A stretch of DNA of 64,000 nt, taken from the NCBI GenBank assembly GCA_016934325.1, contig JAFGSV010000004.1, positions 11,538-75,537 of the forward strand. Reading direction: 5' to 3'. A model generated the notes under the pieces. That model saw only the letters and a list, made by a program, of their open reading frames with translations, had not been told where the DNA came from and did no database searches. Made by a program: the position numbers and the translations under genes. Positions within the stretch are counted from its first letter, which is position 1. Each line of letters starts with the position of its first letter. Origin of the DNA: Candidatus Aenigmatarchaeota archaeon (lineage in GTDB: Archaea > Aenigmatarchaeota > Aenigmatarchaeia > QMZP01 > JAFGSV01). This document shows positions 36,693-45,909 of this stretch, piece after piece.

Positions 36693-37976
36693 ATGCTTGA
36701 CATTAAGTCCATCGCGGAGAATCCCGAGATAGTCAAGGATGACCTCAGGAAGAGGAACGACCTGGAGAAGCTGCCTTGGATAGATGACGTTGTTAAGAAA
36801 TACAAATCATACGGCAAGCTCGTCTACGAGGTTCAGCAGCTGCGGGCGAAGAGGAACAAGGTGAGCCAGCAGATTGCGGAGATGAAGGGGGCGGGCAAGG
36901 ACATAGGGCTGCTCCTGCGCGAGATGAAAGCAATCCCCGGGCAGATAGAGAAGAAGGAAGGGGAGGTCGAGCGGCTCAAGTCGAAGATAGACTGGTACCT
37001 CATGAGGCTGCCCAACATAATGCACAAGTCCGTACCAAGAGGGGCGGACGAGAGTCAGAACGTCAGGATAAGGCAGTGGGGTGAGAAGCCCAAGATGAAG
37101 TTCGAGCCGCTCGATCACATCGACATTGTCAGGAACCTCGACCTTGCCGACATCGACAGGGCGGCCAAGGTTGCGGGTGCCAGGTTCTATTACCTGAAGA
37201 ACGAGCTCGTCCTGCTGAACCAGGCCCTTATTAAGTTCGCCCTTGATTTCATCAGCGGGAAGGGATACAGGCTTTTCCAGCCGCCATACATGCTCAGGAA
37301 GCAGGCCATCGGCGGGGCTGTGGCCCTGTCCGATTTCGAGGACGTCATCTACAAGGTCGAGGGCGAGGACCTGTACCTTATAGGCACGAGCGAGCACGCC
37401 CTGCTGTCCTACCACATGGGCGAGATAATCGAAGGATCAAAGCTGCCGCTCCGCTACGCCGCCATATCACCATGCTACAGGAAGGAGGCGGGTGCCCACG
37501 GCAGGGACACCAAGGGGATATTCCGGGTCCACCAGTTCGAGAAGGTGGAGCAGTTCATCTTCTGCAAGCCGCCTGATTCCCGGAAGATGCACGAGGAGCT
37601 GATCAGGAACGCTGAGGAATTCATGAGGAAGCTGAGGATTCCGTACAGGGTGGTGAACATTTGCACCGGGGACCTCGGCACAGTCGCAGCGAAGAAATAC
37701 GACCTCGACGCATGGCTCCCGGGCCAGCGTCAGTACAGGGAGGTGGTCTCCTGCTCGGACTGCACGGACTACCAGTCCAGGAGGTCGGGCATCAGGTTCA
37801 GGGACAGCACGAGCGACCCGACCCAGCATCCCCACACCCTCAACAGCACCCTCGTGGCGACCGAGAGGACCCTCATAGCAATTCTTGAGAACTATCAGCA
37901 GGCCGACGGCTCTGTGAAGATACCGACGGCGCTTCAGCCATACATGAACGGCATGAAGGCAATAAAAAGAAAATAG
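36693..37976 (+). CDS. serS: Seryl-tRNA synthetase
   Basis: MLDIKSIAENPEIV..., an N-terminal coiled-coil arm, and class II motifs FRVHQFEKVEQF and GDLG..AAKKYDLDAW. Confidence 0.95.
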   Translation: MLDIKSIAENPEIVKDDLRKRNDLEKLPWIDDVVKKYKSYGKLVYEVQQLRAKRNKVSQQIAEMKGAGKDIGLLLREMKAIPGQIEKKEGEVERLKSKIDWYLMRLPNIMHKSVPRGADESQNVRIRQWGEKPKMKFEPLDHIDIVRNLDLADIDRAAKVAGARFYYLKNELVLLNQALIKFALDFISGKGYRLFQPPYMLRKQAIGGAVALSDFEDVIYKVEGEDLYLIGTSEHALLSYHMGEIIEGSKLPLRYAAISPCYRKEAGAHGRDTKGIFRVHQFEKVEQFIFCKPPDSRKMHEELIRNAEEFMRKLRIPYRVVNICTGDLGTVAAKKYDLDAWLPGQRQYREVVSCSDCTDYQSRRSGIRFRDSTSDPTQHPHTLNSTLVATERTLIAILENYQQADGSVKIPTALQPYMNGMKAIKRK

Positions 37977-38017
37977 GGATTCTAATACGGACGGGGTATT
38001 CAGAAATATAATTCCTA

Positions 38018-39913
38018 TTAACCGAAGAAGACGACCCTCTTGCTCAGCAGCTTCGGCAACGGCAGCGGCCTGTTCGGGTAGCCCTTGATGGCCTTCTTTA
38101 TGATATTGGTGATCTCCGCCGCCTTCATGGCCTTGACCTTGCCCGTTTCCCTGAACCTGACCGCGAGCTTGCCGCTCTTCTTCTCCTTCTCTCCCATGAC
38201 CACTATCAGGTTGACCCACTCGGTCTCCGCGTCCCGTATCTTCTTGCCTATGGATTCGACCCTGTCGTCGATGTCAACCCTTATGCCTTCCTTTTCGAGC
38301 TGCTCCGCCACCTTCACGGCGGACGGCAGGAACCTGTCCGACACGGGGCACAGCCTGATCTGGGTGGGGGCCAGCCACAGCGGGAACACGGGGTTCTTGC
38401 CCCCCGCCTGCTGCATGTGGGCCTTCTCCAGGACGGAGTACATGACCCTCTCGATGGAGCCGCTCGGCGAAAGGTGAAGTATCACAGGCCTCTTCCTCTT
38501 GTTGTCCTTGTCGGTGAAGAGGATGCCGTACCTCTCCGCGTTCTCCACGTCTATCTGGTCGGTGGTCAGGCACGCCGCCTTGTCGAGCGCGTCGATGAAG
38601 TTCCACTCGTGCTTGAAGACGAAGTAGAAGAACCTCTTGTCCCATACCTCGACGAGAGCGGGCTTGCCCCACTTCCTGACGATGGCCGGAAGGTGCTCGG
38701 GGTTCTCCTTGCCGAAATCGGCAACCAGCCTGACGGAAAGCTCGAGGTCGTCGCTTGTGAGCCCGAACCCCCGCTGCACCCTTTGGGAGACGTCGAACCT
38801 GGTCATCATCTCCTGCTTCGCCTGCTTTACATCACTGCATATCGCATGGCAGTCAGGCATGGTGAAAGCCCTCAGCCTCCTAAGGCCGGCGAGCTCGCCC
38901 CTCTGCTCGACCCTGAAGGAATACCTGGTCAGCTCGTACAGCCTCATGGGCAGGTTCTTGTACGATATGGAGGAATCGTGGGTCATGAGGAACTGCCCGA
39001 AGCACGCGGAGAAGCGCAGGAAGACCTTCTTGTTGGGCGTCTGTATGTTGTACTGCCTCGCCGGGAACCTGTTCAGGTAGTCCTTGAGCGCGGGGTGCTC
39101 GCTGTCGTACATGATGGGGGTTTCGACCTCCATGGCCCCATACTCGAGCATCTTCAGGGTAACCCATTCCTCAAGCAGGCTCTTGATCATCTTGCCCTTC
39201 GGATAGTACCTGAAATGCCCGGGGTCAGAGCCTTCCTCGTAATCGACCAGCTCGAGGCGCCTCATCAGCTTTATGTGCGGGGGATCCTCCTTCACGGCCC
39301 TCGATTTTGCCAGCTCGTGCCTGACAAGCTTCTCGAGTTTCTCGTGCTTGCTGAAATCGAACCCCGAGATCTTCCCGTCCTTCGCTGCTATCTCGTGCAT
39401 CCTGCCGTCGGGGGTCGCGATGTACCAGCTGGATTTGAGCTCCTTCTCCTTCTCGAGCGCCTCCGATAAGCCAGTCTCCTTGCCTATCCTCCCCTCGGCG
39501 TTTATATCCCTGGAAAGCTCCGACAGGGGATGCCCCTTGCACTTGATGTCGAATCCCTTGTACCAGCCGAACGGAGCCCTCTTCACCTGCAGCTTCTCTG
39601 CCAGCAGCCGCTTCTCGATGCCCTTCAGGATGTTCAGGGCCGCGGAGGGGGAGGACGGAGTCTGCGACAGATGGACGAACGGGTAAAGGACGATGTTCTT
39701 CGCCTTCACCTGCTCGTAGACGTCCTTTATCTCCTTGACAGCGTTACCGATGATATTGCTTGGCTTGGACTCATCGCTCTTCTCGACGCTCGAGAAAACG
39801 ACCAGGGCCTCGTTCACCCTGACCGGGCCTTTCTTCGTGTCTTCGGCATCCTTGATGGCCTTCTTCTTGGGCTCGTACTTGATGAAATCGGAATGTATAA
39901 GCAGTATCTTCAT
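38018..39913 (-). CDS. thrS: Threonyl-tRNA synthetase, archaeal type with an N-terminal editing domain
   Basis: MKILLIHSDFIKYEPKKKAIKDAE (archaeal ThrRS editing-domain start). Class II core FRVEQRGELAGLRRLRAFTMPD. Anticodon-binding C-terminus. The ORF-track start is GTG 39922. Confidence 0.95.
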   Translation of the reverse strand: MKILLIHSDFIKYEPKKKAIKDAEDTKKGPVRVNEALVVFSSVEKSDESKPSNIIGNAVKEIKDVYEQVKAKNIVLYPFVHLSQTPSSPSAALNILKGIEKRLLAEKLQVKRAPFGWYKGFDIKCKGHPLSELSRDINAEGRIGKETGLSEALEKEKELKSSWYIATPDGRMHEIAAKDGKISGFDFSKHEKLEKLVRHELAKSRAVKEDPPHIKLMRRLELVDYEEGSDPGHFRYYPKGKMIKSLLEEWVTLKMLEYGAMEVETPIMYDSEHPALKDYLNRFPARQYNIQTPNKKVFLRFSACFGQFLMTHDSSISYKNLPMRLYELTRYSFRVEQRGELAGLRRLRAFTMPDCHAICSDVKQAKQEMMTRFDVSQRVQRGFGLTSDDLELSVRLVADFGKENPEHLPAIVRKWGKPALVEVWDKRFFYFVFKHEWNFIDALDKAACLTTDQIDVENAERYGILFTDKDNKRKRPVILHLSPSGSIERVMYSVLEKAHMQQAGGKNPVFPLWLAPTQIRLCPVSDRFLPSAVKVAEQLEKEGIRVDIDDRVESIGKKIRDAETEWVNLIVVMGEKEKKSGKLAVRFRETGKVKAMKAAEITNIIKKAIKGYPNRPLPLPKLLSKRVVFFG

Positions 39914-40247
39914 GCCACACACCGCAGCCTTACAACGACTGCCTTACAGCGGTATACATATAGTTGTCTCCATGCCCTTAAAAGCGAAACGCCGATCCGG
40001 GCAGCCACAATCCTCAGGTACATTTCCCGATCACCCCTGAAAGTCCCCGCAGGCGGGAAGAGGCACCGAAGCGATTCAAAAAAGAGAATCGAAAAAGGAG
40101 CAGTCCCATCCCCGCAAGCCATTGCAGACAGCCTAAGCTGTCGTGATTGTCTGTGTGTTTCTTGTTGTCGCGTCAAACGGGGACATATAATCTATTGAGG
40201 TGGCGGCGTTTATAAGCTTTGCTTCGATATCGATGAATATCAGAAAT

Positions 40248-41105
40248 TCAGCTGAAATCGGTGAGCTTCCTTCCGGCCGGTGCGATATCCTGCCCTGACG
40301 GCTTGAGGTCGAGCTTCTTGATTGCCTCCTTCACATGCTCCGTCTTGATCTTCCTGCTGGCAGCATGCTCCGCCGCCAGCCCGCTCGCCTTGAGCAGGGC
40401 CAGCCCCGTCCTTATGTCGCCGTTGCCGTAGCATTTCGCCGCGACGATCTCGAAGGCGTCTCGCTCCCAGACGTTCTGGACGAAGGCGTGCTTCTTCCTC
40501 TCTTCAAGTATCCGCCTGGTCTGCTCCATATCGTACGGCCTGAACTCTATCATCTCTGGTATGAGCCTCGACCGCACCCTGGTGTCAAGTCTGGCGAGCC
40601 AGTCCCTCTTTGTCGATATCAGGAATAGGCATTTGTGAGGCAGCTCCTCGACGAACTGGTACAGGAATGTCTGGTCGCTCGTCCGGTCTATCTCATCGAA
40701 CGCCAGGACAACCGACCCGAAAGACTTGAGCATGTGAATCACCAATGAGAACAGCTCGTCCGGGTTCCTGTATGAGGTGTTTATACCCAGTTGCCCGCAT
40801 AAGGAAAGGACCATCTTCTGCAGGTCCGTGTCCTTCCAGCAGTTGATGAGAATCGGGACCGTTTCAGAGCTTTCAGATTCCCTGAGCTCCCTGAAGATCC
40901 ACCTGATGCAGGCCGTCTTGCCTATCCCGGGTGGTCCATGGATGAGGATGTTCGTGCCGAGGGAAGGCAGGCGCTCGATGATGCTGGCCAGGTACTTCTG
41001 CTGCTCCTCCCTGAATGGCATGAGCCTGGGAAGATAATCTATGTCCAGGATTCCGGGGGATGTGAAGAGGGACTCTTCGTCCTTGAGCATGTCCTCAGAA
41101 TGCAT
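40248..41105 (-). CDS. cdc6: Orc1/Cdc6-like AAA+ protein, short form lacking the C-terminal winged-helix domain
   Basis: DYLPRLMPFREEQQKYL, Walker A ILIHGPPGIGKTA, Walker B LAFDEID, and lid GDIRTGLALLKASG. It ends about 20 aa after the lid (285 aa in total). Confidence 0.8.
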   Translation of the reverse strand: MHSEDMLKDEESLFTSPGILDIDYLPRLMPFREEQQKYLASIIERLPSLGTNILIHGPPGIGKTACIRWIFRELRESESSETVPILINCWKDTDLQKMVLSLCGQLGINTSYRNPDELFSLVIHMLKSFGSVVLAFDEIDRTSDQTFLYQFVEELPHKCLFLISTKRDWLARLDTRVRSRLIPEMIEFRPYDMEQTRRILEERKKHAFVQNVWERDAFEIVAAKCYGNGDIRTGLALLKASGLAAEHAASRKIKTEHVKEAIKKLDLKPSGQDIAPAGRKLTDFS

Positions 41106-41196
41106 ATAAAAGGATAAATTTAAAGCTATTTATTTGTATAAGAGTTTACAAAGAAGCGAACCATGAGACGAATCATAGAAAACGCCTAAAAGAAAC

Positions 41197-41269
41197 AGCC
41201 CCGTAGTCTAGTGGTCAAGGATGGCAGGCTCTGGACCTGCAGACCCAGGTTCGAATCCTGGCGGGGCTA
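41197..41269 (+). tRNA. tRNA-Gln (anticodon CTG)
   Basis: Acceptor AGCCCCG/CGGGGCT. Anticodon arm GCAGG-CTCTGGA-CCTGC. T-arm CCAGG-TTCGAAT-CCTGG. Discriminator A. Confidence 0.9.
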
Positions 41270-41349
41270 TCCAAGCACGCTTGATGTCGTTTTTGTTGTG
41301 TCCAAGAGCGAGGGCTATAACAATATAAAACACATGACAAAATAATCTT

Positions 41350-41679
41350 ATGGATTTGGTTGACGAATTGAAAGAAAAACTGAAAAGATATTCGCGTGAA
41401 CAGATAATATTCACAACACATGCAAGAATACGTGCAATTCAAAGAGGTATCGATCTAGAAGATATTGTCGACAATATAATTAGGCCGGACAAATTAGACA
41501 CCGTAATCAGACAGAAAGCTGACAGACCTGACGAGGAAAAATTCGATTGTTACTTCATTTATAGCGGAAATTTGTGCCATAGGTATGTTTTAATACTTAA
41601 CAAGAAAATTATAATATGTACAGTGATAAAAATCAACAGAAGATGGCAAAGGAGAGTTGAGAAGCATGCAAGAGTTTAA
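41350..41679 (+). CDS. DUF4258-type putative toxin
   Basis: IIFTTHARIRAIQRGIDLEDIVDNI...IIICTVIKI fits the DUF4258 pattern (..t.HA..Rm.eRgI..e.i...). Confidence 0.65.
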   Translation: MDLVDELKEKLKRYSREQIIFTTHARIRAIQRGIDLEDIVDNIIRPDKLDTVIRQKADRPDEEKFDCYFIYSGNLCHRYVLILNKKIIICTVIKINRRWQRRVEKHARV

Positions 41680-42022
41680 ATTCGATTATGATAAAGAGAA
41701 TAACGACCTGTTTATTTACAGTGGTAAAAAGAAATCGACTGCAAGCGTCGAACTCGGAGATATAGTTTTTGATTTCGATAGCAAAAAGTCTCTTTCTGGA
41801 ATAGAAATCATGAATGCAACAAAATATCTGTCGGCATTGATTTCTGGATATAAAGTTAGCAAAAGTGCTCTTGCCAATCTATTATCATGTAAAGTGCAAT
41901 CTAAAATGATTAACAATTTCTTGCTAATCAAAATCATACTTGTAATGAAGGAAGAACAGCAAATTCCCGTAAATCTCACAGTCCCGAGAATCACAAGCCC
42001 AAGTCCTGCGATTGCATCATAG
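41657..42022 (+). CDS. DUF2283-type putative antitoxin with a C-terminal extension
   Basis: FKFDYDKENNDLFIYSG...VELGDIVFDFDSKKSLSGIEIMNATKYL fits the DUF2283 pattern. 23-nt overlap with the toxin ORF. Confidence 0.65.
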   Translation: MRSMQEFKFDYDKENNDLFIYSGKKKSTASVELGDIVFDFDSKKSLSGIEIMNATKYLSALISGYKVSKSALANLLSCKVQSKMINNFLLIKIILVMKEEQQIPVNLTVPRITSPSPAIAS

Positions 42023-42106
42023 AATGTCTATTATATTGAAACTCTTACTACCGCTTTCTTTATAAAATCTATGGATAATAAATAACCGGGGCTATAACCA
42101 AAAAAC

Positions 42107-42128
42107 GTTCAAACCCTGGCGGGGCTAT
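42107..42128 (+). repeat. att-like direct copy of the tRNA-Gln 3' end
   Basis: GTTCAAACCCTGGCGGGGCTAT compared with tRNA GTTCGAATCCTGGCGGGGCTAT (2 mismatches in 22). Confidence 0.65.
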
Positions 42129-42202
42129 ACGGTTTTATTTTCGAATCCCGTCAACTCATAACCCTGATTTTTAATTTCTATGTTTTCTTTGGAACACTGC
42201 GC

Positions 42203-42560
42203 ATGGAAATATTGCTTCAGAAGGTAGAGATAAGCGCCTGCGAAACAAGAGTTCTCATGCAGAATTACAAGATAATAGCCATAAGGGATTATTCAAGGAT
42301 ACCTGTTTTCAAGGCAAGTGTCTATCCGATTGTCATAATAATAAAGAAGGAAAAACCGAAAGAAAACAAGGTTTTAGCTGAACTCATGGAAGAGGACATA
42401 GACTTTGCTAAAGTCGGTCTTTCAAGGTCAATAGAACAAAGCCAATCCGACCGTTGGCTTTTTAACTTCTTACATGACAAGCACTTACGATTTAATAAAA
42501 ATTCCCCTTGCAAACATGACTCCATTATGATACCGTCATCCGGGCAACTAGTGCCTTTAT
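42203..42560 (+). pseudogene. Possible fragment of an Eco57I/TaqI-type DNA methyltransferase C-terminal (target-recognition) region
   Basis: IIAIRDYSRIPVFKASVYPIVIIIKKEKP resembles the C-terminal domain of type IIG/N6-adenine MTases. No catalytic motifs are present. The ORF then runs out of frame into the integrase gene. Confidence 0.3.
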
Positions 42561-42575
42561 TCACGGTGGTAACGC

Positions 42576-43580
42576 ATGAGAAAGACATGGACATACAAGA
42601 GGAAAAACATACCCGGGTGGTGGGTAGGATGGTACGAAGGAGGCAAGAGAAAGTCCAAGGCCTTCCCGAACAAGGCGCTTGCGGAGCATTTCGCCCAGAT
42701 AAAGTACCAGCAGGTCAACTCCGATGTCTTCACCAGCGTCGTCTCGGTGACATGGGATACACTGATGGAGGAATACGAGCAATCAAAGAGGGTCCGGGGG
42801 CTCACCGATGAAGGCATCTACCAGGCGATGCTCACCCTGAAGAAGCATTTCAGACATGCCTGCGGCCCCCTTAACTCAAAGCAGATCACCCAGGCCTCCC
42901 TTGACAAGTTCATCCTCAAGCGGGGGAAGCAGGTCGGCAGATTCACGCTGAACAAGGACATCTCGAACATGAAAGCGTTCCTCAACTGGGGAAAGAGGAA
43001 CAAATACATCAGCGAAGACGTCAGCGTCCATAAAGTCAAGGTCGATAACAAAGACGTCAAACCGTTAAACAGGAAGCAGGTAAAGAACCTCCTCCTCACC
43101 TCGCAGCAATACCCGACCTGGTACACGAGAATACTGCTGTCCCTCACCACGGGGCTGCGGAAGAACGACATAGAATCCCTCAGCGTCGCGGACATTGACT
43201 TCGAGATCAATGCAATAGATACCAGGAGCAAGAAGACCAGGAAAAGCATGCTCTTCAGGCCGCTGCCCCCGAAGGTGACAGACCACCTTGCGGTCTGCGT
43301 CGGCTCCCTGCCAGCAGGGCAGGTCAGACTCTTTACCGATAATCACACCCATAAGAAATGGAAGAAGATAAGGACACGGGCGGGGCTGCCGCACCTGCGT
43401 TACCAGGACCTGCGTGTCACGTTCAGCTCCCTCCTTGCCGAGGCAGGGGCATCGACCAGCGTCAGGCAGAGGCTGCTTGAGCATTCCTCACCGCAGATAA
43501 CCGAGGACTACTACACGAAAGTCCAGGACCCGGTTCTTCGCAACGCGGTGGACATGCTGCCGGTTGACGAATGGCTGTAG
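42576..43580 (+). CDS. int: Tyrosine recombinase / phage-type integrase
   Basis: N-terminal WWVGWYEGGKRKSKAF. Catalytic elements TGLRKNDI (R), YQDLRVTF (HxLR-like) and LLEHSSPQITEDYY (H...Y). Confidence 0.9.
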   Translation: MRKTWTYKRKNIPGWWVGWYEGGKRKSKAFPNKALAEHFAQIKYQQVNSDVFTSVVSVTWDTLMEEYEQSKRVRGLTDEGIYQAMLTLKKHFRHACGPLNSKQITQASLDKFILKRGKQVGRFTLNKDISNMKAFLNWGKRNKYISEDVSVHKVKVDNKDVKPLNRKQVKNLLLTSQQYPTWYTRILLSLTTGLRKNDIESLSVADIDFEINAIDTRSKKTRKSMLFRPLPPKVTDHLAVCVGSLPAGQVRLFTDNHTHKKWKKIRTRAGLPHLRYQDLRVTFSSLLAEAGASTSVRQRLLEHSSPQITEDYYTKVQDPVLRNAVDMLPVDEWL

Positions 43581-43588
43581 CGTTGTGA

Positions 43589-43792
43589 TCACACCAGCTC
43601 ACGCGGACTTACCTCCACCATCGCCAGTCTGAGCCATTCCTCAACGTCCTCCTTCCTGTACCGGACCAACCGGCCAAGCTTAGAATACTTCGGGCCTTTC
43701 CTCAACTGGCGCAGTTTCCTCAGGTACGATTCCCCCAGTCCGAACATCTCGGATATCTCTGCGGTGGAGTATGTCCTGAGTTCATAATCCAT
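43589..43792 (-). CDS. xis: Excisionase-family helix-turn-helix protein
   Basis: YSTAEISEMFGLGESYLRKLRQLRKGPKYSKLGRLVRYRKEDVEEWL is the typical HTH_17/excisionase pattern. Confidence 0.7.
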   Translation of the reverse strand: MDYELRTYSTAEISEMFGLGESYLRKLRQLRKGPKYSKLGRLVRYRKEDVEEWLRLAMVEVSPRELV

Positions 43793-43793
43793 A

Positions 43794-44528
43794 TTATTCT
43801 TCGCTCAAATCCATTCCATAAACAGACTGATACGTAATTTCATCAGAATCTCCTGGATCTCCGGGAACAGCGTCCATATCGATATCAAGCAGATTCTCCA
43901 TCTCTTCCAATTCAGCATACTGTTCCATTTCCTGTCTTATTGTCTCCCATGGATCTTCGTCCTGAGGAAAAGGGCCGTGCAAGGGACCGCTTCCTACAGG
44001 AATATCCGCGTATCCATCGCTCTCATCTTCCTGGACTATGTCCATTATCATCGCCCGGCTCGGCTCAAGGCTCTCGTTCCGTCCCTTGATGCCGAGGTAA
44101 TCCATGCCGGTCCTCCCAAGAATTTCCTTTACCTCCTCGTATGCCCTCTTTGAGAATCCGTCATAACGCATCCCCATGCAGATCATGCGATGCCTCCTGT
44201 CGCCGGTCGCAATCTCAAGCAATCCCCGCAGGTACATGGCACCTTCGTTGCTCACTGCATCTTCGGATGGATCGGCATCCGCATGCAGACGCCTGCCCTG
44301 AATCTCCTGGACAACTTCCCGGAACAGCGGCCCCTCAAGCTCGGCATAGCCATCGGTCCCGACTTTCGTGTCGCGGCTGCCGTAGAGAGCAGGCATGACG
44401 TACTGCCTGACAGTACGCCTGGAAAGAAGCCCGTGCCTCTGCAGGGAATCGAGGAAGGTCAAAGCCTCATTGGCGCCCATGATTAATAGTAAGCAGGCGC
44501 CTTTATATAGGTGACTTTTTTCCCACAT
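43794..44528 (-). CDS. Hypothetical protein with an acidic C-terminus (element cargo)
   Basis: 244-aa ORF directly downstream of xis. No motif. Confidence 0.5.
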   Translation of the reverse strand: MWEKSHLYKGACLLLIMGANEALTFLDSLQRHGLLSRRTVRQYVMPALYGSRDTKVGTDGYAELEGPLFREVVQEIQGRRLHADADPSEDAVSNEGAMYLRGLLEIATGDRRHRMICMGMRYDGFSKRAYEEVKEILGRTGMDYLGIKGRNESLEPSRAMIMDIVQEDESDGYADIPVGSGPLHGPFPQDEDPWETIRQEMEQYAELEEMENLLDIDMDAVPGDPGDSDEITYQSVYGMDLSEE

Positions 44529-44595
44529 TTCACGGCTCCGTATCAGGGCATCGGCTCGTTGAACGGGTCAGGAGGAATTCCTGCGGTGGGCCGGA

Positions 44596-45279
44596 GTGTT
44601 TGGGAATCGAGACTTCCTGCCACTGGCACGCCGGGAGCGGTCGATTGTCTTTGGCGGAGTTCTTGAGGATTTTCGCGGATGCCTTGGACAGATGCGTTTG
44701 GAGGATGTCCGGACCCTGGTCCAGACCAGGACGGACAAAATAAGGGAGGTTCTTGAGTCTGCCGAGAAGCGTGATTTGCCAACACCCGCGCCGGAGGTGA
44801 GGAAAAAGGAAGAGCGACAGAATCTGCTGGCGAAACATTTATTAGACGGTAGCCCTGTATACACAAACATGGTGGAGATTGATTTGCTTCGCCAGGATTG
44901 GAGAGACTCCGGATACGACAGGAATAAGTTCGGTCGGTACGTCGAGGATAATCCTGAAATGGCAGCGGATATTCTTATTGAGGAGGCGGGAACGGAAGGG
45001 AGCGAGGCACAGTTTGGTACCGCTAAATTCAAGGAGTTGTGGAGAGAGTTTTATCATACGTGCGGCCGCCGCGGCATAGAAAAGCCCTGGGACCGTGTGG
45101 CTGAATGGCTGTATACGAGAACGCGTTCGGCGCGACGGAGGGAATTGGACGAGATTTTGGCGGACTCCGTCGGGATGGCGTGTATGAGCGGCACATTGGG
45201 AGTGGTCACCTGGGACAACGTCAGCGAGAAGGTCAAGCGTAGCATATACAGGGATTGTGCTAGGAGATATCTTAAATAG
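44596..45279 (+). CDS. Hypothetical protein (element cargo)
   Basis: 227-aa ORF. No motif. Confidence 0.5.
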   Translation: MFGNRDFLPLARRERSIVFGGVLEDFRGCLGQMRLEDVRTLVQTRTDKIREVLESAEKRDLPTPAPEVRKKEERQNLLAKHLLDGSPVYTNMVEIDLLRQDWRDSGYDRNKFGRYVEDNPEMAADILIEEAGTEGSEAQFGTAKFKELWREFYHTCGRRGIEKPWDRVAEWLYTRTRSARRRELDEILADSVGMACMSGTLGVVTWDNVSEKVKRSIYRDCARRYLK

Positions 45280-45288
45280 GAGAGGTAG

Positions 45289-45909
45289 GTGCGTTCGAGA
45301 ATATTAGATCACGGGATCCGTATTTTGGGCGGCTTCTGTCGTCTGTTTAACCTGTTGCGGCCCCTGATTCTGGTTACTTCCGTCCTATTCGCTCTCGCGA
45401 GCTGTTGGGCAGATAGCCTCATCTGGTCCGTATTAATCTTGCTTGCTGCACCGTGCGCGGTGTTGTGCTGGGTCACGTGCGCGGGGCCCAGTTTTCGCCG
45501 AAAGGCTGACGAACCGCCAACAGCTTTTTTTGTGGGCTTGTACATGATCTCAACCTACGTTCTCTTGGTGATGATCTTCGCATGCGCGTTCTTGGCAGCA
45601 GAGAGGTTTGGCGGCGAAATTGTGTGTACTTCGAACCGTGTCCCTATTGATCGAGAACTATTCCGGGACTACGTATATTTTAGCGTTGTTTCGGGCAGTA
45701 CGCTTGGATACGGGGAACTGACGCCCCTGGGACTGACTCGTCTGTTTGTTGGCATTGAGGTTATCATGTTCTGGCTTTTCATCGTTTATAAAGCGATATA
45801 TTATTGTAACTACCTTATCGAGATACATAGGTGGGATACTGTCGGCATTGTGCATTACACCTTTTTCAGACACCTTACGAAGAGTTCTCATAACTTCTCT
45901 GCCGACTGA
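45289..45909 (+). CDS. Two-pore-helix-type K+ channel-like membrane protein (Ion_trans_2-like)
   Basis: GTG start. TM helices. Selectivity-filter-like YFSVVSGSTLGYGELTP followed by the inner helix LFVGIEVIMFWLFIVY. No cytoplasmic gating domain. Confidence 0.65.
   Translation: MRSRILDHGIRILGGFCRLFNLLRPLILVTSVLFALASCWADSLIWSVLILLAAPCAVLCWVTCAGPSFRRKADEPPTAFFVGLYMISTYVLLVMIFACAFLAAERFGGEIVCTSNRVPIDRELFRDYVYFSVVSGSTLGYGELTPLGLTRLFVGIEVIMFWLFIVYKAIYYCNYLIEIHRWDTVGIVHYTFFRHLTKSSHNFSAD

Larger units (their letters stand above)
41270..42128. mobile_element. Integrase-less integrated remnant at tRNA-Gln carrying a toxin-antitoxin pair
   Basis: AT-rich. Bounded by the tRNA 3' end (CCTGGCGGGGCTAT, 41257-41270) and its direct copy at 42115-42128. 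Extra tRNA-end fragments CCGGGGCTATA (42087-42097) and TTCGAATCCC (42140-42149). Confidence 0.5.

Noticed and set aside
39923-40247. Possible replication origin or ncRNA in the 325-bp thrS-cdc6 spacer (and 41106-41196)
   Set aside because: No ORB-like repeated boxes and no long AT-rich unwinding element. Only trivial short hairpins (CAGACA...TGTCTG). No C/D-box or other ncRNA signature that I can support.
42203-42811. 202-aa plus-strand ORF treated as one intact gene
   Set aside because: Only the first ~115 aa look protein-like (a methyltransferase C-terminal fragment). The remainder is an out-of-frame read-through of the integrase gene start, so it is called a fragment instead.
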